Assembly (NCBI GenBank): GCA_043747615.1 | Contig: JAYTOU010000003.1 | Location: forward strand, 64,001 to 128,000 | Length of the DNA stretch: 64,000 nt | DNA from: Myxococcales bacterium | GTDB taxonomy: Bacteria > Myxococcota_A > Polyangia > Polyangiales > Polyangiaceae | Reading direction: 5' to 3' | Shown here: piece after piece, positions 38,056 through 46,936 of the stretch | Layout of the letters: each line of letters begins with the position of its first letter | Position numbering within the stretch: the stretch's first letter is position 1 | Program-made: the position numbers and the translations under genes | Notes under the pieces: generated by a model | Told to the model about the DNA's origin: nothing | The model's database searches: none | What the model saw: the letters and a program-made list of their open reading frames with translations, nothing else

Positions 38056-40263
38056 TCACTCCGGCAATTCTCCACGCGGAAGCGTGATCGTGAACTCCGT
38101 GCCCTCGGCAGCCGTTGAGCGGGCGGTGATCGTGCCACTGTGAGCGATCATAATCTGGTGCGAGATGAAGAGCCCAAGACCAAGCCCCTGCGTTGCCTCG
38201 GTCTTCGCATCGCCGGAGCGACGGAATGGGTCGAAGAGCGTCAGAAGAAGCTCGGGATCGATCGGGACACCGCTGTTGTGAACGCAGCACCCCACCTCGG
38301 TTCCTGTCGCATCGACCACAACCCGCACGGGTGCGTCGTGCGCGCCGTGGAAGAGAGCGTTCCCGATGATGTTCGAGAGCACTTGCGCTAGTCGGTCAAT
38401 GTCCCAGACGCCGTCTGCGTTGCCCAAATATTCGGTCTCGATGATGCGGTGCGGCTGCCCGGCCTTGAGCTCCTCGATGATCTGCGCGCAGATCTCGTGA
38501 AGGTTCGCGCCGGCGCGCGATATCGGAATACCTCCGCCGGAGCGGGCCCTGGTGAAATCGAGTATCTGGGAGATCATGCGGGTCATGCGCAGTGCGCTCC
38601 GTTTCACCCGCTCCGTCGTGCGCCGCTCGTTCGCCCCGAGCGTGGGAGAAGCGAGGAGCACGTGTGCGGCCATCGACACGGCGTTTAAGGGATTTCGGAG
38701 ATCGTGGCCGAGCATACCGATGAAGAGCTCGCGAAAACGTTCGCTGTTGTCACGCTCGATGCCGAGCGCGATCGGGTCGGCTACGGCGTTGAGTGCCGCA
38801 AGGATGTCTTCCGAGAGAGTCTGCTTCGCAAAAACCTCGACAACGCCAACGAGACGCCCGTCGACGATCAACGGTTGGCTTGCAAACGCTACTATTCCTT
38901 CACGCGTAGCCCAGTCTTGGTCAACGACCTGAGCATCGCCGATGGCGGCGTTCGTCAGGTACCCCGATCGACTTTGACCGCGCGACGCACGTTTGCGAAT
39001 TCCGATGGGCGTGGGCTGAGCGTCGCTTCGGGCGTCAATCCGGGCGGAAGCACGGAGCTCAAGCATCTCGTTCACCCCGTTGTAGACCCAAATCGCCGAC
39101 GTAGTGCCGAGGGTGGCAAGCCCTTCGCAGCAGAGCACGAGTTGCTCGGTCAAGGTCACGTCCGCCACCAGCGAGCGGCCCACGGCTGCTACGAGCGTGG
39201 CGCGCCTGCGCTCTAGCACTTGTGAGGTTACATCGAAGGCGAATATCGAAACGCCATCGACGGCACCGTGCCCGCCTCGCGTCGCCGCGTATGCGAAGTT
39301 GAAATACACCGTGTCGAGTTTGCCATCACGCATGAGCATCGCTGGCATCTCGTTGCCGACGAAGGGTTGACCTGTTCGCATCACGTCCTGAAGAAGCTTT
39401 TCGAAGACTTGTCCGCGAATCTCCGGCATCACCTCGAAAAGAGGTTTCCCGATGACGCTGCTCGTCCGCCCCCAGACCTCGAGGATGGCAGGGTTGGCGA
39501 ACTCGATGACAAGCTCCGGCCCGCGCAAAAGACCGATGGCCGTTGGCGCCGTCATGAAGAGATCCGTGCGTAGCATCCGCTGACGCTCTTCCTCGACGCG
39601 CGCTTCTTCGGCCTGTCTAAATGCTTCGGCGTTCTCGACGGCAAGCCGCGCGATCGCTTGTTCCGCCTGCCTGAGATCATCGATGTCGGTATTGCTTCCC
39701 ACCCAGCGAACGATCTCCCCGCGATCATTTCGCATCGGTGCCGCGCGCGTGATGAACCAGCGGAAGACACCGTCATGGCGGCGAAGCGGAAAGGATGCCT
39801 CGAATGGCTCCCCGCTCGCGAGCGCGGCTTTCCACATCTCCGTCACGCGTGGAAGAAGCGCCGGGTCGTGTGCCGACTCCCAACCCCACCCCTCCATCTG
39901 CGAAGGCGTCTTGCCCGCGTACTCGTGCCAACGCCGGTTGTAGTAGTAAATCGAGCCGTCTGGGTTTGCTGCCCATCCGAGTTGCGGCATCAAGTCAAAG
40001 AGCGCACGGACAGCTTCGTCTTGCTCTGCGTTCCCGCGAAGCTCTTCGATTTCTCCCTCGACTCGCCGCCGGGCTTCAAGCGCGTCGTCGGTTTCCTCGT
40101 GTGCGCGCAGCGCCGCCAGGACGAGCTCTTCGTTTGCTTCCCGCTGCTCGCTGAGAAGGTCGTCGTGCCGCTCTTCATGCCTTTCGGGCGCGCGATCTTC
40201 TTGCTGCAATTGGTTCTCCACTGGAGCCACGGATAAGGCCCGCGTACGGGCCGAGCGCGTCAC
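38056..40263 (-). CDS. Sensor histidine kinase: coiled coil-PAS-PAS-GAF-HisKA-HATPase
   Basis: GHDLRNPL, 'NIIGNALFHG', 'GLGLGLFI'; two PAS domains and one GAF-like domain; start uncertain. Confidence 0.88.
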   Translation of the reverse strand: MTRSARTRALSVAPVENQLQQEDRAPERHEERHDDLLSEQREANEELVLAALRAHEETDDALEARRRVEGEIEELRGNAEQDEAVRALFDLMPQLGWAANPDGSIYYYNRRWHEYAGKTPSQMEGWGWESAHDPALLPRVTEMWKAALASGEPFEASFPLRRHDGVFRWFITRAAPMRNDRGEIVRWVGSNTDIDDLRQAEQAIARLAVENAEAFRQAEEARVEEERQRMLRTDLFMTAPTAIGLLRGPELVIEFANPAILEVWGRTSSVIGKPLFEVMPEIRGQVFEKLLQDVMRTGQPFVGNEMPAMLMRDGKLDTVYFNFAYAATRGGHGAVDGVSIFAFDVTSQVLERRRATLVAAVGRSLVADVTLTEQLVLCCEGLATLGTTSAIWVYNGVNEMLELRASARIDARSDAQPTPIGIRKRASRGQSRSGYLTNAAIGDAQVVDQDWATREGIVAFASQPLIVDGRLVGVVEVFAKQTLSEDILAALNAVADPIALGIERDNSERFRELFIGMLGHDLRNPLNAVSMAAHVLLASPTLGANERRTTERVKRSALRMTRMISQILDFTRARSGGGIPISRAGANLHEICAQIIEELKAGQPHRIIETEYLGNADGVWDIDRLAQVLSNIIGNALFHGAHDAPVRVVVDATGTEVGCCVHNSGVPIDPELLLTLFDPFRRSGDAKTEATQGLGLGLFISHQIMIAHSGTITARSTAAEGTEFTITLPRGELPE

Positions 40264-40282
40264 CTACCGCGAGACGCCGCCC

Positions 40283-40406
40283 TTAGAGTGGTTCGGTACC
40301 CACATAGCGTTGCGTGATGATGGTGTCACTCAAGAACGCCATACTACGCGCGCTTAAGTGGGGAACAATGGACGAATCGTAGCTCGACCGTGGAGACGAC
40401 GGTCAC
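40283..40406 (-). pseudogene. Decayed fragment of a second kaiC-like gene (C-terminal domain)
   Basis: Minus strand reads VTVVSTVEL / (2-nt deletion) / DSSIVPHLSARSMAFLSDTIITQRYV, versus intact VTVMSTVELPDSFTVLQFSPHGIAFLSDAIIMQRYL at about 35960-36070; clear DNA similarity (ctcaagaacgc, agctcgaccgtgga). Confidence 0.85.
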
Positions 40407-40453
40407 CGTCCGCTCCTCGACGCGACGGCGTTCGAGCTTGCTAGTGTAGAGAC

Positions 40454-40960
40454 GTGAGCCGCGTGCCCTCCCTTCGGGTTGCTTCCGCGTTTCTCGTGCT
40501 CGCTGGATTCGGGTTCCTAGCGGAGAACGGGTGCGGCGGCTCGTGCACGGACACCTTCGTTGTCTCGTTTATCGACTCGCTCCCGGCCCTCGACGTCCAA
40601 GGTCCTTGCGAGCTGACCCTCACCAACAAGGATCGCGTCGCTCGGTATTCCTTGGCCGCGCCAGTCGCCGCCAGGGATGCCATGAGCCCGCTTGGCGACG
40701 GCGGAATCGAGCCCCCGCCCGGGGCAATCTCGTGCGGCGGCTCCACCGCGACATCTTGCGTGGCGATCGCTGGGCCCTCGCTTTCCCCGTGCTCGTGCTA
40801 CCGGACATGGTCCGACCTCTGGCTGGAATCCAGCGAGAAGGAGGCCCACGCCATTGCGGATTTTCTTGGCGCCCAATCCTTCGAGGTGAAGGTCACGTGC
40901 GCACGTGGCTACGTGGTGCTGGAGCAACGTAGCGTGACCACCCAGACCTGCGCGCTCTAG
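40454..40960 (+). CDS. Hypothetical Cys-containing exported protein
   Basis: N-terminal hydrophobic segment followed by GCGGSC; fills an intergenic gap; no recognisable family. Confidence 0.5.
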   Translation: MSRVPSLRVASAFLVLAGFGFLAENGCGGSCTDTFVVSFIDSLPALDVQGPCELTLTNKDRVARYSLAAPVAARDAMSPLGDGGIEPPPGAISCGGSTATSCVAIAGPSLSPCSCYRTWSDLWLESSEKEAHAIADFLGAQSFEVKVTCARGYVVLEQRSVTTQTCAL

Positions 40961-40983
40961 TCCGCGCGGTGCGCACGAAGAGG

Positions 40984-41847
40984 CTAGCCGGCCGCCTGCA
41001 CGGACCCCGAGCTTGGCACTTCCAGCGACATCCGCCCGAGGAGCCCATCGCGAAACTCGTGAACGAGAATGTCCGCGGCCTTGTGCACATCGACCACGCC
41101 TCCGCTCTTTAGACACCCGCGACGACGACCGATCTCCTCGAGAAGCGCAGTCTCGCTCTCCGGGAGCTTCGTGATCTTGTAACGCGTCATCACCTGCTCG
41201 GGGTAGCGCTCGAGAAAAAAGCGCGCGGCGAAAAGAGCGACGGTCTCGTAGTCGATCACCGTATCGGGAATGGCTCCGCCGAGCGCCAGGCGAACCGAGA
41301 TCGCGCTGTCCTCGAGGTTCGGCCAGAGGATGCCCGGCGTATCGGAGATGGTCATTCCGCTCTTCAAGGTGACGAGCTGCGTCCCTTTGGTGACCGCGGG
41401 CTCGTCGCCGACCTTAGCGACTTTGCGATCCATGAGCGTGTTGATGAGCGTCGATTTGCCGACGTTCGGGATCCCTACGATCATCGCGCGTACGGTTTTT
41501 CCTGGACCGCTCGGATGCGTCGCCAACTTCTTGCTCAGCTCGGCGATGCGCTTCTTCGTCTCCGCCGTGCGGCTCGTGGTGAGGGCGACGGCCAGCACTT
41601 TACCGCCGACGGACGAGGCCTCGAAGTAACGAAGCCAGGCCTCGGTGATCTTTGGATCGGCGAGATCGCTTTTGTTGAGGACCTTGATGCACGGCTTCTG
41701 CCGACGGAGCTCGGTGACCACGGGATTCGCGCTCGCCCGCGGCATGCGCGCGTCGAGGACCTCGATGACCACGTCCGTCTTCGCCATCGAATCGGCGATC
41801 GACTTCCGAGCCTTGGTCATGTGACCGGGGAACCACTGGATCGACAT
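40984..41847 (-). CDS. rbgA: Ribosome biogenesis GTPase RbgA/YlqF
   Basis: MSIQWFPGHM, DARMP, NKSDL, GIPNVGKSTLIN, DTPGILWP (circularly permuted GTPase). Confidence 0.93.
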   Translation of the reverse strand: MSIQWFPGHMTKARKSIADSMAKTDVVIEVLDARMPRASANPVVTELRRQKPCIKVLNKSDLADPKITEAWLRYFEASSVGGKVLAVALTTSRTAETKKRIAELSKKLATHPSGPGKTVRAMIVGIPNVGKSTLINTLMDRKVAKVGDEPAVTKGTQLVTLKSGMTISDTPGILWPNLEDSAISVRLALGGAIPDTVIDYETVALFAARFFLERYPEQVMTRYKITKLPESETALLEEIGRRRGCLKSGGVVDVHKAADILVHEFRDGLLGRMSLEVPSSGSVQAAG

Positions 41848-41942
41848 TGTCAGCCGAGGAACGTACTCGAGTGCGGCGTGTCCCCGGAATTTGATTGTGG
41901 GACACGCCACATCGTCCCGATCGTCGACTAGACTCGCCCCGC

Positions 41943-42236
41943 GTGGAGGAAGTGCTCGAATACGTCGTGGCGCTCGTCTTCTGGACGGCATCGGTTTTCT
42001 TCGTCGTGTGGAACGACGAGCGAAATCTCACCCAAGGCGAGGCCGACCGCGCATGGCCGAAGGTTAGTCGCTTGGCGGCCGTCGTGGCCTTCGGGCCGCT
42101 CTGCCTTCCTGTTCATTTCTGGAGGACACGGCGCTCGTTTCTGGGCGTCTGCATCGGCGTCTCCTACGTGATCGATCTCGCTCAACTCAGCTGGCTTTTA
42201 GGCGAGGCGATCGAAAAGCTCAGCCCGGGGTGGTAG
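41943..42236 (+). CDS. Small membrane protein, unknown function
   Basis: Three hydrophobic segments; ends 18 nt before mlaE; start uncertain (GTG 41943 or 41952). Confidence 0.6.
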   Translation: MEEVLEYVVALVFWTASVFFVVWNDERNLTQGEADRAWPKVSRLAAVVAFGPLCLPVHFWRTRRSFLGVCIGVSYVIDLAQLSWLLGEAIEKLSPGW

Positions 42237-42254
42237 GGTCCTCGCGCCGAAGTC

Positions 42255-43076
42255 ATGGCCGCCGCAACCTCCCCCACCGATCCGTCAGAGAAGCCGTCGC
42301 GCGCCATCGCGTTCGCGAGCGCCGTGGGCGCGTCATTTCTCGAGATCGCAGAGACCACTGGCGGGATGGGCGTCCTCTTCGGGCGCATCCTGTCGCGCCT
42401 CTTTCCGCCGCGCTTCGACGCGACGGAGCTCAAGCGAAACCTCTATAAAATGGCCGTAAAGTCGCTGCCCATCGTGGTGGTGACGGCGCTCTTCACAGGC
42501 GCCATCATGGTGATCCAGGCCGCGCCGATCGTGAAGCGCTACGGAGCTGAGGGGCTCCTCGGTTGGGGAGCTGGCTTCGGCACCCTGCGGGAGATCGCTC
42601 CGCTCCTCACGGCGCTCATGATCTCGGGACGCGTGGGAGCGAACAACACCGCCGAGCTCGGAACCATGGTGGTCACCGAGCAGGTCGACGCCCTCCGCGC
42701 GCTCGCCATCGACCCCATCTCGTTTCTCATTTTGCCCCGCTTCATCGCCATCATCATGACCCTCTTCATGATGACGCTCTACGCCGATTGCCTTGCCCTC
42801 GTTGGCGCCGCGTACACCGGACAAGGGCTCATAGGCGTCACCCCCATCTTGTTTTACCGTGGCCTAACGAGCGGGCTCCTCAACTTTGGCGACGTCGCGA
42901 ACGGGCTCATCAAGAGCCTCGTCTTCGGGATGATCATCGCCCTGTCGAGCTGTCACTTCGGTCTGGCCACGAGCGGCGGTGCGCCAGGCGTCGGTCGCGC
43001 CGTGAACTCCACGGTGGTCGCGAGCGCCGCAGGCATCTTCATCCTCGACTACCTCGTCAGCTTTCTCCTCGGATGA
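42255..43076 (+). CDS. mlaE: MlaE/YrbE-type ABC permease, copy 1
   Basis: 'REIAPLLTALMISGRVGA..TAELGTM.VTEQVDALR.LAIDPI.FL..PR', 'GVGRAVNSTVV'. Confidence 0.92.
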   Translation: MAAATSPTDPSEKPSRAIAFASAVGASFLEIAETTGGMGVLFGRILSRLFPPRFDATELKRNLYKMAVKSLPIVVVTALFTGAIMVIQAAPIVKRYGAEGLLGWGAGFGTLREIAPLLTALMISGRVGANNTAELGTMVVTEQVDALRALAIDPISFLILPRFIAIIMTLFMMTLYADCLALVGAAYTGQGLIGVTPILFYRGLTSGLLNFGDVANGLIKSLVFGMIIALSSCHFGLATSGGAPGVGRAVNSTVVASAAGIFILDYLVSFLLG

Positions 43077-43080
43077 TCTC

Positions 43081-43935
43081 ATGAGCGCCCCCCCGCCCTC
43101 GACCGAGCTCCCGCCCGAATCGCACGAGCTCGACCAACCCGATGCCGCGATCGAGCTGGGTTACATCGGAACCCTCGGAGCCAACGCCATAGAGCTCGCT
43201 CAGGGCGCGCGCGAGCTCTACTCGGTCTTCGTGCGTACGCTCTATTACGTCTTTCGCGGGAAGCGCGAGAAGGGCGCGCTCATCGAGCAGATGTACGCGA
43301 TCGGAAACAAGAGCCTCTTCTTCATTTCGATCACCATGGGCTTCATAGGGATGATCCTCGTCTACCAGGCGGGGCTCCAGGCGAAGCGCGTCGTCCCCGA
43401 CTACACGATGCTCGGAGCAACGTACCTCGAGCTCCTCGTGCGCGATCTCGCAGCGTCGCTCGGCGCGCTCATGCTCGCGACCCGCGTGGGCGCCGGGATC
43501 GCCGCTGAAATTGGCTCGATGGTGGTGACCGAGCAAATCGACGCACTGCGCATGTGCGCGGCCGATCCGATCGACTTTCTTCTCGTGCCTCGGTTCCTGG
43601 CGAGCATGGTGATGAGCTCCGTCCTCATCGTGTGGGCAGGCGCGATCGCATTCACGGCGGGCGCGCTCACCGCCTACCTGGCCTTCGATGTCCCCGCGCA
43701 CACCTTCTTCAACATGCACCTCGTCTCCTGGGGAGACCTCATCACCGGCGGCACCAAGTGCATCGCCTACGGCGCGGCGATCCCCATCGTCAGCGGGCAC
43801 TCCGGGCTCTCCACCTTCGGTGGCTCCGAAGGGGTGGGCTGGGCGACGACCCGCGCGGTCGTCAACTCGTCGCTCGCGATCATCATTCTCAACTTCTTCA
43901 TTTCGAGCGCGGCGTTTCTCATCTTCCCGCAATGA
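43081..43935 (+). CDS. mlaE: MlaE/YrbE-type ABC permease, copy 2
   Basis: 'RVGAGIAAEIGSMVVTEQIDALR', 'GVGWATTRAVV'. Confidence 0.92.
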   Translation: MSAPPPSTELPPESHELDQPDAAIELGYIGTLGANAIELAQGARELYSVFVRTLYYVFRGKREKGALIEQMYAIGNKSLFFISITMGFIGMILVYQAGLQAKRVVPDYTMLGATYLELLVRDLAASLGALMLATRVGAGIAAEIGSMVVTEQIDALRMCAADPIDFLLVPRFLASMVMSSVLIVWAGAIAFTAGALTAYLAFDVPAHTFFNMHLVSWGDLITGGTKCIAYGAAIPIVSGHSGLSTFGGSEGVGWATTRAVVNSSLAIIILNFFISSAAFLIFPQ

Positions 43936-43945
43936 CGCGCCCCAC

Positions 43946-44689
43946 GTGATTGAATTCAAGAACATCGCCAAGGCCTTCGGACCGAAGCCCGTCCTCGACG
44001 ACGTGAGCTTCGAGGTTCGCACCGGCGAGGTCTTCTTCATCATCGGCGCGTCGGGCGTGGGAAAGAGCGTCCTCATCAAGCACCTGATCGGGCTTCTTTA
44101 CCCGGACAAAGGTGAGATCTGGCTGGACGGCGAAGAGATCAGCCACCTCAGCGAAACGGGCATGTACCCGATTCGAAAAAAGTGCGCGATGGTCTTTCAG
44201 CACTCGACGCTCTTCGACTCGATGACGTGCGCCGAGAACGTCGCCCTCCCCCTCCGCAAGCACAAAGGGCTGAGCGCCAAAGACGCGCTCGACGAAGCGC
44301 AGCGGCGCCTCGAGCTCGTCCACATGCGGGAGTTCGCGGGCCGTTACCCCTCGGAGCTCGGAGACGGCATGCGAAAGCGGGTGGCCATCGCCCGAGCGCT
44401 CACGCTCGAGCCGGCGTATGTCCTCTTCGACGAGCCGACGACGTCGCTCGATCCGGTGAGCGCGCGCCGCGTGGACAAGCTGATTCGCGAGCTGTCGGAC
44501 AAGCTGGGGGTGACGTCAATCGTGGTGAGCCACGATCTTTCGAGCATCTTCACGATCGCGGACCGAATCGTGATGCTTTATAAAGGCCGGGTTCGTTTAA
44601 TCGGCACGAAGGACGAATTCAGAAGCTCCGCCGACGGCATCGTTCAGCAATTCATCAACGGCCGGGCCACCGGCCCCATGGACCTCTAG
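43946..44689 (+). CDS. mlaF: MlaF/Mkl-type ABC ATPase, copy 2 (signature degenerate)
   Basis: GTG start (M)IEFKNIAKAFG; GASGVGKS, 'MVFQHSTLFD', LGDGMRKRV, LFDEPTTSLDP, VVSHD. Confidence 0.9.
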   Translation: MIEFKNIAKAFGPKPVLDDVSFEVRTGEVFFIIGASGVGKSVLIKHLIGLLYPDKGEIWLDGEEISHLSETGMYPIRKKCAMVFQHSTLFDSMTCAENVALPLRKHKGLSAKDALDEAQRRLELVHMREFAGRYPSELGDGMRKRVAIARALTLEPAYVLFDEPTTSLDPVSARRVDKLIRELSDKLGVTSIVVSHDLSSIFTIADRIVMLYKGRVRLIGTKDEFRSSADGIVQQFINGRATGPMDL

Positions 44690-44691
44690 AA

Positions 44692-45711
44692 ATGGCGCAG
44701 GAGAAGTCGATCGAAGTCAAAGTCGGCATCTTGATCCTCGTCTCCGTGGGGATCCTGGGAGCGTTCATCCTGGTCATGGGCGGCCTCTCCTTCGAACGGA
44801 CCTACCCCGTATTCGTCGATTTCGACAACCCGGGCGGCCTCCAATCCGGCGCGCCCGTGCGTCTGGCAGGCGTCAAAGTGGGCACGGTAGACGAGCTGCG
44901 CTTCATGGGCGGAGTCGTCGATCCGAAGACCAACCGGCGCACGCTGGTCCGCGCGAAGCTTTCCATTCAGGTGCGCGCGAAGGACACCATCCACGAGGAC
45001 GCGCTCTTTTACGTGACGACGCAAGGCGTGCTCGGCGAACAATTTCTTTCCATCGAGCCGGGAAGCTTGAATCGCCCGATTCTCGCCGAAGGGGCCATCG
45101 TGAAGGGGCTCGATCCGCCGCGCCTCGATCTTTTTCTGGCCAAGGCCTACGAGCTGCTCGACACCACGGTGACGGCGCTGAAGAACAACCGCGAGCTCAT
45201 CAGCGACATCGCGGTGAACACCGCGGGGCTTCTAAAAGGCTTGAACGGAGCGGTCACGGAAAACCGCGAGCGCGTCAACCGCACGATGGAAAATCTCGAG
45301 AAGCTGACGGCGGAAGCCAACGCGCTCACCAAAGATGCGCACACCACGATCAACAATCCGAAGATCCTCCGCACCATCGACAACATCGACAAGATCGCCG
45401 GCGACGTCCAAAAAGACTCGCAGCCAATGCTCAAGGACGCTCGGGAGGCGCTCGCGAACATCAACCGCGCGTCGGCCACGGTGGGCTCGCCGGAGGAGCA
45501 AGCCAAGCTCAAAAAAGCGATCGAAGACATCGCCGAGCTCGCCTCCCGCGCCAACGCGACCGCCTCCGACGCGCAGCAAATCGTCGCTCACATCAAGAAG
45601 GGCGAAGGCACCGTCGGCGCACTCCTCATGGACGAAGAGATCTACGACAACGTCCAGGAGATGGTGCGCGATCTGAAGCACAACCCGTGGAAGTTCTTGT
45701 GGCGCGAGTAG
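44692..45711 (+). CDS. mlaD: MlaD/MCE-domain protein with long helical C-terminus
   Basis: 'EVKVG' followed by a TM helix, 'GLQSGAPVRLAGVKVGTV', 'GVLGEQFLSIEPG', 'GEGTVGALL.D..IY'. Confidence 0.9.
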   Translation: MAQEKSIEVKVGILILVSVGILGAFILVMGGLSFERTYPVFVDFDNPGGLQSGAPVRLAGVKVGTVDELRFMGGVVDPKTNRRTLVRAKLSIQVRAKDTIHEDALFYVTTQGVLGEQFLSIEPGSLNRPILAEGAIVKGLDPPRLDLFLAKAYELLDTTVTALKNNRELISDIAVNTAGLLKGLNGAVTENRERVNRTMENLEKLTAEANALTKDAHTTINNPKILRTIDNIDKIAGDVQKDSQPMLKDAREALANINRASATVGSPEEQAKLKKAIEDIAELASRANATASDAQQIVAHIKKGEGTVGALLMDEEIYDNVQEMVRDLKHNPWKFLWRE

Positions 45712-45808
45712 TGCGCAGGGTCGATTTCGCCGTTTTGCTTCGAGCGATCCGGTCAAGTGATCTGCGCGTTCGGGTAGACTCGACGCCGGGGACCAGAATG
45801 GCGACGAC

Positions 45809-46936
45809 GTGCCCGTAGAGCCCGGGGACCTGCTTGATCGGTACCGCATCGTCACGCGTCTCGGGGCGGGCGGCATGGGCGAGGTCTTCCATGCGTTCGA
45901 TACGCGCCTTGAGCGCAACGTCGCGCTCAAGCTGCTCCACGCCGAGACGGAAGCCGCGTCGACCGCCGGCAACCTGGCGGTTTCGAACGGAGTCGCGCGC
46001 ATGCTTCGGGAGGCGCGGGCGGCGGCGGCGCTCGAGCACCCGAACGTCATCTCGATCTACGATGTGGGCGAAGTACAGGAGCCTGCGTCGCTCCGCGGCA
46101 CCCCATTTTTGGCAATGGAGCTCATCAAAGGGAGCTCGCTTCGCGTCTTCGGGCAAGACAGGAGCGTTCCTTACGCTGAGCGTCTGCGTTGGCTCATCGA
46201 CATCGCCAAGGCGCTCGGAGCTGCGCACGCGCAAGGGCTCGTCCATCGCGACGTGAAGCCGGAGAACGTGATGATCCGCCAGGACGGCGTGGTCAAAGTC
46301 CTCGACTTCGGGATCGCGAAGAGGAGCTACGGCAGCGTCGACCCCGCGCAGTCGACCGAATCCCGCCTCCTTCCCATGCCGACGCTGACGACCGGCAACG
46401 TCGCGGTGGGCACGCCTTATTACATGGCGCCCGAGCAGATGCGGGGCGACGCGCTCGACGGACGGGCCGATCAGTTTTCGTGGGGAGTGATGGCCTTCGA
46501 GATCCTTTGCGGAAAAGGTCCATGGCGGATGGACGGCGACGCGCTCAGTCTCGTGGCGGAGGTTTTGTCGAAGCCCGCGGAAATGCCGAGCGGTCACGAC
46601 GTGCCGCCAAGTGTCGCGAAGGTGATCTTGAAGGCGCTCTCGAAGTCGCGCGACGATCGTTTTCCATCGATGACGCGCCTGCTTCAAGAGCTGCAAGAGA
46701 GGGAGCCGGTAACGTCGCCCGTCGCCTCACAGCCGAGGCTATCTCTCGATGAGGCGGCGAATCTCGGGAGCGCGAAGACCGAGATCTTTCAAAGCATCCG
46801 CGAAGCGAAGACGGTCCCGTCGAAGTTCCCGCCGCCCAGGCGCTTCCGGAGGCGGGCGAGCTCACGCTCGGTCGCGGCGAGGACTGCGATGTTCGCGTCG
46901 ACGACCGGAAGGTATCGCGCAAGCACGCGATCTTGA
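45809..46936 (+). CDS. Ser/Thr protein kinase; C-terminus appears truncated or frameshifted
   Basis: LGAGGMGEV, VALK, HRDVKPEN, DFG, YMAPE are intact; after about 46840 the in-frame reading loses plausibility while an FHA domain appears in another frame. Confidence 0.8.
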   Translation: MPVEPGDLLDRYRIVTRLGAGGMGEVFHAFDTRLERNVALKLLHAETEAASTAGNLAVSNGVARMLREARAAAALEHPNVISIYDVGEVQEPASLRGTPFLAMELIKGSSLRVFGQDRSVPYAERLRWLIDIAKALGAAHAQGLVHRDVKPENVMIRQDGVVKVLDFGIAKRSYGSVDPAQSTESRLLPMPTLTTGNVAVGTPYYMAPEQMRGDALDGRADQFSWGVMAFEILCGKGPWRMDGDALSLVAEVLSKPAEMPSGHDVPPSVAKVILKALSKSRDDRFPSMTRLLQELQEREPVTSPVASQPRLSLDEAANLGSAKTEIFQSIREAKTVPSKFPPPRRFRRRASSRSVAARTAMFASTTGRYRASTRS

